Position numbers and translations under genes: made by a program. 64,000 bases of DNA from Halanaerobiales bacterium (GTDB lineage: Bacteria > Bacillota > Halanaerobiia > Halanaerobiales > M55B127), in the NCBI GenBank assembly GCA_034521955.1, contig JAXHLT010000005.1, positions 71,663 through 135,662 of the forward strand, read 5' to 3'. This document shows positions 54,618 to 63,402 of this stretch, piece after piece (the first letter of the stretch is position 1; every line of letters starts with the position of its first letter). Under the pieces are notes generated by a model. The model was given only the letters and a program-made list of their open reading frames with translations. It was not told the origin of the DNA and did not search any database.

Positions 54618-55673
54618 TTAATTAAGATCTTCGATATCCCATTCAAATGTATTCCAATTATTTTTTTTATTAGAAGTTTTAAATTTATTATTATTTTCAT
54701 TTGAATTTTTGTTATAACTATTGTTATCTAAAATATTTTTGGCCTGCTCAATATTTTGCACCTTGTTTTCTTTAAGTGGTATAATAAAATTATCTTCAAT
54801 ATATTTTAATGATGGTTGGCCATCACTTTTTCGTTTAAAGGCTTCTTTAATAGCATATTTAGCAATAGAGAGGTTAATTCCTTCATTTTTGTTTAACCAA
54901 TCATGGAAAATTTCCATTTGGGTCTCTGTTACATTATACCAATTTTTTAAGCCATAACATTTTGCCAATTCATTTGTTTCTCTATACATTTTATCAAAAT
55001 GTTTAAGTCTTTCATATTCAAAGATATCTTTATTATACCAATCATCAATTATTCCGTGAAGATAATAAAAACCTTCCTTTTTGTTTTTGTTATTCTTTTT
55101 GAACCATTTATTTGTTCTCCTGATTAGTTCTTTAAGCATTTTTTTGTCAAAATCATCTATCCAGCATTCGATTTCATCTATTAACATAGAGTGATCTATT
55201 TTATCAGGTAAAAAACTTAAAAGGGCTTTTTTTATATCTTCTTTATTAAAATTATTCTCGTCGATAACCTTGTTACGATAAGATGTTAAATTTTCATTGT
55301 TAACCTGATCATTATCATTGTTAATAAAACAAGAATTATCTATTTTATTTAAATTTACAGATATTATATGACTATAGTTTCCAGTTCGGTTCTTATCTAT
55401 TTTTATATAATTATTATCCTCTAAAAAATTTAATCCCTTTATAGTATTTTCACGATCAAGTGGTAAAAAACCTGCTATTAGAGCTGGATTTGTTTTTATT
55501 GTGTTATTATTATCAAGATGAGTTAATATATATATAAATACAGGCAGAGAAGGGCCGGGTAGCGATTTTAAAAACCCATTATTTATACTTTCACGACCTA
55601 ATTCAATACTCTGTTTTTCATCATCACAACAGATTCTAATTTTTTTATGTTCGATTAGTTTTATATTTTTCAA
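54618..55673 (-). CDS. DnaD/DnaB(Bsu)-like replication initiation protein (winged-helix N-domain + two DnaB_2-type repeats)
   Basis: Two repeats resemble the DnaD C-terminal (DDBH2) motif: …YYLHGIIDDWYNKDI… and …SLKYIEDNFIIPLKENKV…. It has an N/K-rich tail. I prefer the TTG at 55673 (GGGTGAG RBS). The ORF-track ATG at 55724 lies upstream of a TGTATAAT extended -10. Confidence 0.6.
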   Translation of the reverse strand: MKNIKLIEHKKIRICCDDEKQSIELGRESINNGFLKSLPGPSLPVFIYILTHLDNNNTIKTNPALIAGFLPLDRENTIKGLNFLEDNNYIKIDKNRTGNYSHIISVNLNKIDNSCFINNDNDQVNNENLTSYRNKVIDENNFNKEDIKKALLSFLPDKIDHSMLIDEIECWIDDFDKKMLKELIRRTNKWFKKNNKNKKEGFYYLHGIIDDWYNKDIFEYERLKHFDKMYRETNELAKCYGLKNWYNVTETQMEIFHDWLNKNEGINLSIAKYAIKEAFKRKSDGQPSLKYIEDNFIIPLKENKVQNIEQAKNILDNNSYNKNSNENNNKFKTSNKKNNWNTFEWDIEDLN

Positions 55674-55824
55674 TTTTAACTCACCCTTGTAAAAAATTAT
55701 ACATGTTTTAGTTATAAAATACAATGCAAAATTTTTATTGAAAATATTAAAATAATTTAAAATAGATATCTATATTATTAATTTTTACTAAAAGTTAATA
55801 ATAGGACCTTTTAACTTTGCTGGC

Positions 55825-55853
55825 TTGACAGTAAATATCTTATTTGCTAATAT
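55825..55853 (+). promoter_or_regulatory. sigma-A promoter of purB
   Basis: TTGACA-17 nt-TAATAT. The ORF-track start at 55825 coincides with this -35 box. Confidence 0.6.
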
Positions 55854-55890
55854 TAAAACGGAAACGATAAATAAAGAAAGGAAGATAATT

Positions 55891-57186
55891 TTGATAGATA
55901 GATATAGTCGCGAGGAAATGAATAAAATATTTAGTGAGAAAAATAAATTTCAAAAATGGTTAGATGTTGAGTTAGCAGTTGTCAAAGCAAGGATGAAATT
56001 AGGTGAGGTTCCCCAAAAAGCTTATAAAAAAATCAAAGAAAACGCTTCATTTGATGTAAAACGAATAAAAGAAATTGAAGCTGTGACAAGACATGACATG
56101 TTAGCCTTTATTGAAAATGTTAATGAAAACATTGGAGAACATTCAAAGTTTGTACATGAAGGTATAACTTCTAATGATATCAAAGATACTGGTCTAGCAC
56201 TACAATTAGTTGAAGCGTTAGATTTAATAAAAGAAGATCTATTAAAACTAAAAGATAAGATTAAACAAAAAGCAATATTACATAAACATACAGTCATGAT
56301 GGGTAGAACCCATGGTATACACGCAGAACCGATAACATTTGGATTAAAGTTAGCAGTATGGTATCAAGAGATAAAGAGACATCTAGATAGAATCAAACAA
56401 CTAGATGATATTATAAGAGTTGGTCAAATATCCGGTGCTGTTGGTACTTATGCCACAATTAACCCAGAAGTTGAAGAAATAGTAATGGAAGAACTAGGAC
56501 TTAAGGCTTCTTTATTTACTAATCAAATTTTGCAGAGAGACAGACATGCTGATCTAGTGAGTCGACTATCTTTAATAGCGGCATCATTAGAGAAGTTTAG
56601 TACTGAAATAAGAAACTTACAGAGGACAGATATACTTGAAGTTGAAGAAAACTTTTCTAAAGGACAAAAGGGTTCTTCTGCAATGCCGCATAAAAAGAAT
56701 CCAATTGTTAGTGAAAGAATTAGTGGACTTGCTCGTGTTATAAGGGGCAATATGGTACCTGCTTTTGAAAACATTAACTTGTGGCATGAAAGAGATTTAA
56801 CTCATTCATCAGTTGAAAGAATTATTCTACCAGACAGTTTCATATTATTGGATTATATGTTATTTAAATTTACTGATTTGTTAGATAATCTAAAGGTTAA
56901 CCAAGATATAATGAAAGAAAATATTAATAAAACTAATGGACTTGTTTTTTCTCAAAAAGTTATGCTTTCTTTAATTGAAAAGGGTTTAGATAGAGAAAGA
57001 GCTTATGAATTAGTCCAAAAAAATGCCATGAAATCTTGGGATGATAATAAAAGTTTCAAAAAAATGATTGAAAATGATGGTGAAGTTATGACATACTTAA
57101 ATAAAGAAGAGTTAAATGGAATATTTAATTATAATAACTTTATTAAAGAAGTGGATTTTATCTTTGAAAGGGGGAAGCTCAAGTAA
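55891..57186 (+). CDS. purB: adenylosuccinate lyase
   Basis: From the TTG at 55891 the sequence aligns with PurB N-termini (IDRYSREEM…). It also carries MMGRTHGIHAEP and the signature GSSAMPHKKNP. Confidence 0.94.
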   Translation: MIDRYSREEMNKIFSEKNKFQKWLDVELAVVKARMKLGEVPQKAYKKIKENASFDVKRIKEIEAVTRHDMLAFIENVNENIGEHSKFVHEGITSNDIKDTGLALQLVEALDLIKEDLLKLKDKIKQKAILHKHTVMMGRTHGIHAEPITFGLKLAVWYQEIKRHLDRIKQLDDIIRVGQISGAVGTYATINPEVEEIVMEELGLKASLFTNQILQRDRHADLVSRLSLIAASLEKFSTEIRNLQRTDILEVEENFSKGQKGSSAMPHKKNPIVSERISGLARVIRGNMVPAFENINLWHERDLTHSSVERIILPDSFILLDYMLFKFTDLLDNLKVNQDIMKENINKTNGLVFSQKVMLSLIEKGLDRERAYELVQKNAMKSWDDNKSFKKMIENDGEVMTYLNKEELNGIFNYNNFIKEVDFIFERGKLK

Positions 57187-57206
57187 TTATCACTTGAGCA
57201 ATCGAT

Positions 57207-58469
57207 ATGTCAGTTAAAGTAGTAGTAGGAGCACAATGGGGAGATGAAGGAAAAGGGAAAGTAACAGATAAACTTGCAGAGACAGCAGATTATGTAGTTA
57301 GATTTAGCGGAGGTAACAATGCTGGACATACAGTAATTGTCGGAGATGACAAGTATGAACTACATTTAATACCTTCTAGTATACTTTATCCAGATAAAGC
57401 AAGTGTAATAGGTAGTGGAGTTGTAATAGATCCAATAGCTCTTATTAGTGAAATGGAAGGTTTAAAAAAACGCGGGCTTAAGTTTGATAATTTCTATATA
57501 AGTAATCAAGCTCATGTAGTTATGCCTTATCATAGAAAGTTTGATGGCCTTGAAGAGGAACGTAAAGGTGATAATAAGATAGGAACAACTAAAAAAGGTA
57601 TTGGCCCTGCATATACTGATAAAGCAGCAAGGAGAGGTATAAGAATCGCTGATCTCTTAGATGAAGAAGTTTTTAAAACAAAATTAAAAAATGTTTTAGA
57701 ATATAAAAACCTTATTTTAAAGAATGTTTATAATGAAAAAGAATTATCCTATGAAGATATTAAAGATAAATATTTAAAAGCAGCTGAAAAGATAAAACCA
57801 TATGTAACTGATACATCACTTTTATTAGATCAAGCATATAAAAATGATGAAAACATATTTTTTGAAGGAGCACAAGGTACATTATTAGATATAGATTATG
57901 GTACATATCCTTATGTTACTTCTTCTAATCCAACTGCCGGAGGAGTTTGCACAGGGGCTGGTTTTGGTCCAACAAAGATTGATGATATAATAGGAGTAGC
58001 AAAAGCATATTTAACAAGAGTGGGAGCAGGACCATTTCCTACCGAATTATTTAACGATATGGGTAAGTTTTTACTTGAAAAAGGGCATGAATTTGGTGTT
58101 ACAACTGGTAGACCAAGGAGATGTGGGTGGTTGGATTTACCATTACTAAAATATGCCGTAAGAGTTAATGGACTAACGGAATTAGTTTTAACTAAAATAG
58201 ATGTACTAAGCGGTTTAGAAGAAATCAAAGTATGTACATCTTATGAAAACAATTCTGATACAACTGACTTAGGGAGTGAAAATACAAAAAAAGTTCCAGT
58301 ATATAAAAAATATCCGGGATGGGAAGAAGATATTTCAGGTATACAATCATTTAATCAGTTACCAAAAGAAGCTCAAGAATTTGTTCAAATGATTGAAAAA
58401 GAAATTGAAATCCCTATTTCAATTATAGGAACTGGACCTAAAAGAGTAGATACGATTATTAGAAAATAG
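57207..58469 (+). CDS. purA: adenylosuccinate synthetase
   Basis: 420-aa ORF with QWGDEGKGK, GGNNAGHT and GTTKKGIGPAY. Confidence 0.96.
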   Translation: MSVKVVVGAQWGDEGKGKVTDKLAETADYVVRFSGGNNAGHTVIVGDDKYELHLIPSSILYPDKASVIGSGVVIDPIALISEMEGLKKRGLKFDNFYISNQAHVVMPYHRKFDGLEEERKGDNKIGTTKKGIGPAYTDKAARRGIRIADLLDEEVFKTKLKNVLEYKNLILKNVYNEKELSYEDIKDKYLKAAEKIKPYVTDTSLLLDQAYKNDENIFFEGAQGTLLDIDYGTYPYVTSSNPTAGGVCTGAGFGPTKIDDIIGVAKAYLTRVGAGPFPTELFNDMGKFLLEKGHEFGVTTGRPRRCGWLDLPLLKYAVRVNGLTELVLTKIDVLSGLEEIKVCTSYENNSDTTDLGSENTKKVPVYKKYPGWEEDISGIQSFNQLPKEAQEFVQMIEKEIEIPISIIGTGPKRVDTIIRK

Positions 58470-58523
58470 TAATGTTTTAATAAATAAGTTTTCTCCAATT
58501 ATTTTATACAAGGAGTGTAAACC

Positions 58524-59804
58524 ATGAAAGTATTAGTTGTTGGAAATGGTGGTAGAGAACATGCTTTGGTTTGGAAAATATACCAAAGTGAAAAAGTTGA
58601 CAAAATATATGTGGCCCCAGGTAATAACGGGATGACTGACTTAGCAGAACAAGTAGATATTGCAGCCAGTGACACTAAACTATTAGCAGAATGGGCTAAA
58701 AACCATAAGATTGATCTTACTGTTGTCGGTCCTGAAAAGCCGCTAGTAAAGGGTATTGTAAATGAATTTGAAAAGAGAGGTTTAAGAATCTTTGGGCCAA
58801 ATAAATTAGCTGCAAGAGTTGAAGGCAGTAAGGTATTTGCAAAAAATATATTAAAAAAACATGATATTCCAACAGCTGAATTTGAAGTGTTTACAGAACC
58901 TGAAGAAGCGATGGAATTTTTAAAAAAGGCAGATTATCCACTTGTTATAAAGGCAGAAGGATTGGCTTTTGGTAAAGGTGTAGTAATTGCTACTACTAAA
59001 GAACAAGCAGAAGAAGCTATTACTAAAATTATGGAAGATAAAGTTTTTGGGGATGCTGGAAGCAGAATAGTTATTGAAAACTTTTTAGAGGGTCAGGAGA
59101 TTTCTGTAATGGTCTTTACAGATGGAAAAGACTTTGTACCTTTAGAGTTTGCCCAGGATTATAAAGCTGTTTTTGATGGAGATGAGGGTCCTAATACAGG
59201 TGGCATGGGATCTTTTTCACCTCTACCTTTTATAGATGAAAAATTAAAAAACAGAATAATTAATGAAATATTAAATCCTGCACTACATGCATTTAATGAA
59301 GAAGGTTTAAACTATAAAGGGCTATTATATATTAACATGATATTAACTGATATGGGTCCAGAAGTACTAGATTTTAATGCTAGGTTTGGTGACCCTGAAA
59401 CACAAGTTTTATTGCCCAGAATGAATACAGATATAATAGATATTTTTGAGAAGACCATTGATGAACAACTTGCGGATGTTGAGATTAACTGGGATGAAAG
59501 ATCAGCTGTTTGTGTTATATTGACTTCTGCTGGTTATCCAGTAACTTTTGATACGGGTAAGGAAATTTATGGTTTAGATAAAGTTAATAAATATGATAAT
59601 TTACTGGTATTTCATGCTGGCACTACAAAAATTGGTGATAAATTTTACACGGCTGGAGGTAGAGTAATCGGGCTTACTGTACTAGGTGAAGATTTAGATG
59701 ATGCAATAAATCAAATCTATGAATATATAGAAGAAGTGTCTTTTGAAGATATGCATTATAGGAGTGATATTGGAATCACTGTAAGGGAGTCGAAAAAAAA
59801 TTAA
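58524..59804 (+). CDS. purD: phosphoribosylamine-glycine ligase
   Basis: 426-aa ORF with MKVLVVGNGGREHAL and an ATP-grasp core. Confidence 0.95.
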   Translation: MKVLVVGNGGREHALVWKIYQSEKVDKIYVAPGNNGMTDLAEQVDIAASDTKLLAEWAKNHKIDLTVVGPEKPLVKGIVNEFEKRGLRIFGPNKLAARVEGSKVFAKNILKKHDIPTAEFEVFTEPEEAMEFLKKADYPLVIKAEGLAFGKGVVIATTKEQAEEAITKIMEDKVFGDAGSRIVIENFLEGQEISVMVFTDGKDFVPLEFAQDYKAVFDGDEGPNTGGMGSFSPLPFIDEKLKNRIINEILNPALHAFNEEGLNYKGLLYINMILTDMGPEVLDFNARFGDPETQVLLPRMNTDIIDIFEKTIDEQLADVEINWDERSAVCVILTSAGYPVTFDTGKEIYGLDKVNKYDNLLVFHAGTTKIGDKFYTAGGRVIGLTVLGEDLDDAINQIYEYIEEVSFEDMHYRSDIGITVRESKKN

Positions 59805-59818
59805 GGTAGGTGTAGAGG

Positions 59819-60613
59819 ATGATAGATATTCACAACCACCTTCTTCCAGGAATCGATGATGGTGCTAAAACATTAGAAGCAACTGTTGAAATTGCAAAAA
59901 CTGCCCAAAATTATGATATATATAAAATTGTCGCAACTCCCCATTATATGGAAGAAAACTATAAAGTTGAAGGAAAAGAGATAAAAGAAAAAATAAAACA
60001 GATTAATAAATTATTAAGATCAAAAAATATTCAGGTGGAAATATTACCTGGTCATGAGATATACTTAACGCGGGATTTGCTAGAAAAGATTAAAAACAGG
60101 GATATTTTAACTATAAATGATAGTAAATATATTTTATTAGAATTACCTATGAATTATATACCAGATTATTTGGATAGAGTATTTTATGATTTGAGTGTGA
60201 TGGGGTATAAACCTATAATTGCTCATCCGGAAAGAAATCAAGAAGTAATAAAAAACCCAGGTATCCTCTATAAATGGGTTAAGGATGGAATTATCTTTCA
60301 ACTCAATGCCGGCAGTCTTTTTGGAGTATATGGAAGTAATGTAAAAAAGACTGCTTTTGAATTAGTCGATAACTATTTAGTTCAAGTTATTGCTTCCGAC
60401 TGTCATGGTAATAACAATGTAGGACTTGAATGGTTGGCCAGAGCGAAAAGAAAACTAGAAAATAATTGTGGTAGTTACACCATTCAATTTTTTACTAACG
60501 CTGAATACATAATAAATAATGAAGAAATAATATGTGAAGAACCAACATGTTTAAAGTCAAAGTCGTTCTGGAATATTTTTAAAGGACTTAAATTTATTAG
60601 TAATGAAGATTGA
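59819..60613 (+). CDS. PHP-domain protein-tyrosine phosphatase (CpsB/YwqE-like)
   Basis: 264-aa ORF with MIDIHNHLLPGIDDGA, TPHY, AHPERN and SDCH metal-ligand motifs. Confidence 0.78.
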   Translation: MIDIHNHLLPGIDDGAKTLEATVEIAKTAQNYDIYKIVATPHYMEENYKVEGKEIKEKIKQINKLLRSKNIQVEILPGHEIYLTRDLLEKIKNRDILTINDSKYILLELPMNYIPDYLDRVFYDLSVMGYKPIIAHPERNQEVIKNPGILYKWVKDGIIFQLNAGSLFGVYGSNVKKTAFELVDNYLVQVIASDCHGNNNVGLEWLARAKRKLENNCGSYTIQFFTNAEYIINNEEIICEEPTCLKSKSFWNIFKGLKFISNED

Positions 60614-60617
60614 AAAG

Positions 60618-61802
60618 TTAGTTAATATTTATGATTTCGACATTATTTACTGCTTTTTTTATTAAGTTATCTATATCCAACTTTTTTTCTCCTTCGAATA
60701 CTTGTTGGAGTGTAGGTCTTGTTTCTGGACTATTTGGTACAAAAACTGTACAGCAGTCCTCATAAGGCCTAATTGATATTTTATAGGTCCCTATATCTTT
60801 AGCGATATTTATTATTTGTAATTTGTTTAAACCTATTAGAGGTCTTAAAACTGGAAGATTAGCTATACTGTTGGTTACATTTATTGCCTCAAGGGTTTGA
60901 CTAGCTACCTGTCCAATGCTTTCCCCGGTTATAATTGCTTTTCCGTTTTGTTTTTGAATTATTTTTTCAGTTATTTTCAACATTAATCTTCTCATAACTA
61001 TGGTTAGTAATTTATCAGGACATTTATCATTAATTTCTTTTAAAATATCAGTAAAGTTTACAATGTGTAAGTTTATTTTGTTTTGATATTTAGCAAGTAC
61101 TTTTGCTAAATCAATAACCTTTTCTTTAGTACGATCACTGGTAAATGGGAAACTATGAAAATATACTGGAACAATTTCTGCTCCTCTTTTCATTCCCATA
61201 AATCCTGCTACTGGGCTATCAATTCCACCAGATAACATTAGACCAATTTTACCGGTGGTTCCAACCGGTAAACCGCCAATTCCTTTGTATACTTTAGAAT
61301 AAATGTATGCATAGTTTTTTCTAATTTCTACATTTATATTTAAATCAGGATTGTGTAAATCCACTTCTATTTTATCTTTACTAATGTTTTCAATTATATA
61401 TTCCCCAAGATCATACTGTAAATCCATTGAATCATATTTGTATTCTTTATTACTTCTCCTTGCACTAATTCTAAAGGTAATTTTTTTATCTTCTTTGATT
61501 TCATCTTTGGCTATTTTTAGTACAAGTGCCTTAAATTTGTTTAAATCTAAGGAAACTTTTTCAACCGGAGAATATGAAACTAATCCCGGTGTTTTTTGTA
61601 AACTTTCTTTAACTAGCTTATTATCAGCAGTAGTTTTCAAGAATATTCTGCCCGGAGTTTTATATACTGATAGATTATCATCAATTTTTCTCAGGCTATT
61701 TTTTATATTTGATAGAAGTTTATCTTCAAATAAAGATCTATTTTCACCTTTTAATCCTATTTCACCATATCGAATTAAAAATAGGTTTTCCATTTTTTTC
61801 AC
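60618..61802 (-). CDS. thiI: tRNA 4-thiouridine synthase ThiI
   Basis: 394-aa ORF with a THUMP-type N-terminus and the PP-loop LSGGIDSPVA. Confidence 0.92.
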   Translation of the reverse strand: MKKMENLFLIRYGEIGLKGENRSLFEDKLLSNIKNSLRKIDDNLSVYKTPGRIFLKTTADNKLVKESLQKTPGLVSYSPVEKVSLDLNKFKALVLKIAKDEIKEDKKITFRISARRSNKEYKYDSMDLQYDLGEYIIENISKDKIEVDLHNPDLNINVEIRKNYAYIYSKVYKGIGGLPVGTTGKIGLMLSGGIDSPVAGFMGMKRGAEIVPVYFHSFPFTSDRTKEKVIDLAKVLAKYQNKINLHIVNFTDILKEINDKCPDKLLTIVMRRLMLKITEKIIQKQNGKAIITGESIGQVASQTLEAINVTNSIANLPVLRPLIGLNKLQIINIAKDIGTYKISIRPYEDCCTVFVPNSPETRPTLQQVFEGEKKLDIDNLIKKAVNNVEIININ

Positions 61803-62947
61803 CTCATAATCTTTCTTAAGTTTGAAATATTTTTTTGCAAATTGTTGAATACATATTCTATTTGTTCTTCGGTAATATTTTTATTGAAACTAAATCTAAT
61901 AGTACCTTCTTTGTATTTATCTGGAATACCTATAGCTTTAATTACATGGCTTGTAGTATCTTTTTTTGATGAACAAGCAGAACCTGTTGAGGTATAGATA
62001 TTATCACTTTCTAGACTATGAACTAACACTTCACCTTTAATTTTTGAAAAAGAAACATTAAGTATATGTGGAGCACTTTGACCATTAATAGGGGTATTTA
62101 TTTTAACTTCATTAATATTATTTTTTATTTTATTTGCTAAATATACATTTAATTCCTTCATCTTTTTTAATTCATTTTTATTTGGAAGATATTTTACAGC
62201 TTCACCAAAACCAACAATTCCTGCAGTGTTCTCTGTTCCGGGATAAAGCCCTTTTTCCTGATTACTTCCGTGAAGAATTTTATCAATAATAATATCTTTA
62301 TTTATATATAAAGCACCTACTCCCTTTGGTCCATGAACTTTATGTGCGCTCATTGAGAATAAGTCAATATTTAATTCTTTTATATCTACATCTATCTTAC
62401 CTAAAGCCTGTATACCATCTACATGAAAGTATAGTTTTTTATAATTTTTTATCAAATCTGAGATTTCTTTTAGTGGTTGAATCACTCCTGTTTCATTGTT
62501 TACTGCCATAATGCTTATAAGAATGGTCTTATCATCTAATTTGTTTTTCAAGAATTCTAAATCGATTATGCCATCTTTATTAACCGGTAAATAAATAACA
62601 TCTAATCCCTGAGCTTCAAAATGTTTAAAAATTTCTAAGACAGATTTATGTTCTATTTGTGTTGTTATAATTTTATTACCGTATTTTTTTAGTCTATTAA
62701 CTGTGCCTTTAATGGCTATATTGTTTGCTATCGATCCATTTCCTGTAAAAATTATATCATCAAAATCAACTTTTAAAATCTGAGCAATATTTTGGCGAGC
62801 GCTTTTAACTTCTTTTTCTGCATCAATTCCAAGTCTATGCAGTGAAGAAGGATTTCCAAAATTTTTTGTGAGTACCTTATTCATTTTTTTTATTACTTCT
62901 GGGAGTAGTTCTGTTGTAGCAGCATTATCTAAATAAACATAATCCAT
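61799..62947 (-). CDS. cysteine desulfurase (class V aminotransferase, NifS/NifZ-like)
   Basis: 382-aa ORF with the PLP lysine context SMSAHKVHGPKG and an active-site Cys loop GSACSS. It overlaps thiI by 4 nt. Confidence 0.9.
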   Translation of the reverse strand: MDYVYLDNAATTELLPEVIKKMNKVLTKNFGNPSSLHRLGIDAEKEVKSARQNIAQILKVDFDDIIFTGNGSIANNIAIKGTVNRLKKYGNKIITTQIEHKSVLEIFKHFEAQGLDVIYLPVNKDGIIDLEFLKNKLDDKTILISIMAVNNETGVIQPLKEISDLIKNYKKLYFHVDGIQALGKIDVDIKELNIDLFSMSAHKVHGPKGVGALYINKDIIIDKILHGSNQEKGLYPGTENTAGIVGFGEAVKYLPNKNELKKMKELNVYLANKIKNNINEVKINTPINGQSAPHILNVSFSKIKGEVLVHSLESDNIYTSTGSACSSKKDTTSHVIKAIGIPDKYKEGTIRFSFNKNITEEQIEYVFNNLQKNISNLRKIMR

Positions 62948-63103
62948 ATATATCCCAACCTTAATTTTATTTTACGTACTGTTATAATTTTAAATTATTA
63001 ATGTTGGGATGTCAATTTATAATAAGATTTAATGATTATGTAAGGCAGGAAAAAAAGAAGAGAAGGTAGAGGTGCTTCTTAAAGGAAGGTTAAAACTTGC
63101 AGG

Positions 63104-63247
63104 TTATGCTATTTGTTTTTTTACTTTTTCAGCCATATTAACTACATTATCATAGTCAAGTTTACCACTGCATTTTTCACAGTATTCGTTACCTGACCAG
63201 TTTCTTGTTCCACATGCTTCACATTTTACTTTTTTACCAAAATTCAT
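63104..63247 (-). CDS. small zinc-ribbon protein (47 aa)
   Basis: Not in the ORF track. It reads MNFGKKVKCEACGTRNWSGNEYCEKCSGKLDYDNVVNMAEKVKKQIA with CxxC…CxxC. It has an AAGGAGG RBS and an upstream TTGACA-16 nt-TATAAT (63281-63308, minus strand). Confidence 0.55.
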   Translation of the reverse strand: MNFGKKVKCEACGTRNWSGNEYCEKCSGKLDYDNVVNMAEKVKKQIA

Positions 63248-63351
63248 TGTTGTTCCTCCTTTCGTCAATCAACGTTACCTATTATAAGGAATTAAAATCA
63301 AATGTCAAGCTTATTAACATATATTTAACAAAGAATTAATTATAGTTAAAC

Positions 63352-63389
63352 AAAAAAAGACCCCCTTATCAGTTTTGACAAGGGAGTCT
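63352..63389 (-). terminator. rho-independent terminator after the partial barrel gene
   Basis: The minus strand reads AGACTCCCTT-gtcaaaactgat-AAGGGGGTCT followed by TTTTTTT. Confidence 0.7.
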
Positions 63390-63402
63390 AAATAATTCAA
63401 AA

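Noticed and set aside
55674-55724. N-terminal extensions in the ORF track: 55724 for the DnaD-like gene, 55825 for purB, 26699 for rnpA, 39421 for gcvH, 43245 for DUF951, 44718 for rpsF and 23351 for yaaA.
   Set aside because: In each case a downstream start has a proper Shine-Dalgarno and matches the family N-terminus. The extension runs through a promoter or the preceding gene.
57177-57199. Hairpin GCTCAAGT-aattatc-ACTTGAGC spanning the purB stop codon.
   Set aside because: It has no following U-tract, and purA starts 8 nt later. It is probably not a terminator, though it may be a minor mRNA-stability element.
61351-61809. Long antisense ORFs opposite real genes. Examples are 61351-61809 (opposite thiI), 19684-20100 (gyrA/gyrB), 18840-19208 (gyrA), 34053-34397 and 34774-35154 (soj/spo0J), 5062-5394 (dctM), 57911-58228 (purA), 3373-3597 (ald) and 27289-27582 (yidC).
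   Set aside because: Their L/S/F/I-rich low-complexity translations are what the complement of K/E/N-rich codons produces. They have no RBS or promoter and overlap well-supported genes entirely.
62952-63010. 8-bp inverted repeat ATCCCAAC…GTTGGGAT bracketing the nifS-like promoter region.
   Set aside because: One arm overlaps the -35 box and is not transcribed, and the other overlaps the weak RBS. It is short enough to be chance in 60 bp, and no known regulator motif was recognised.
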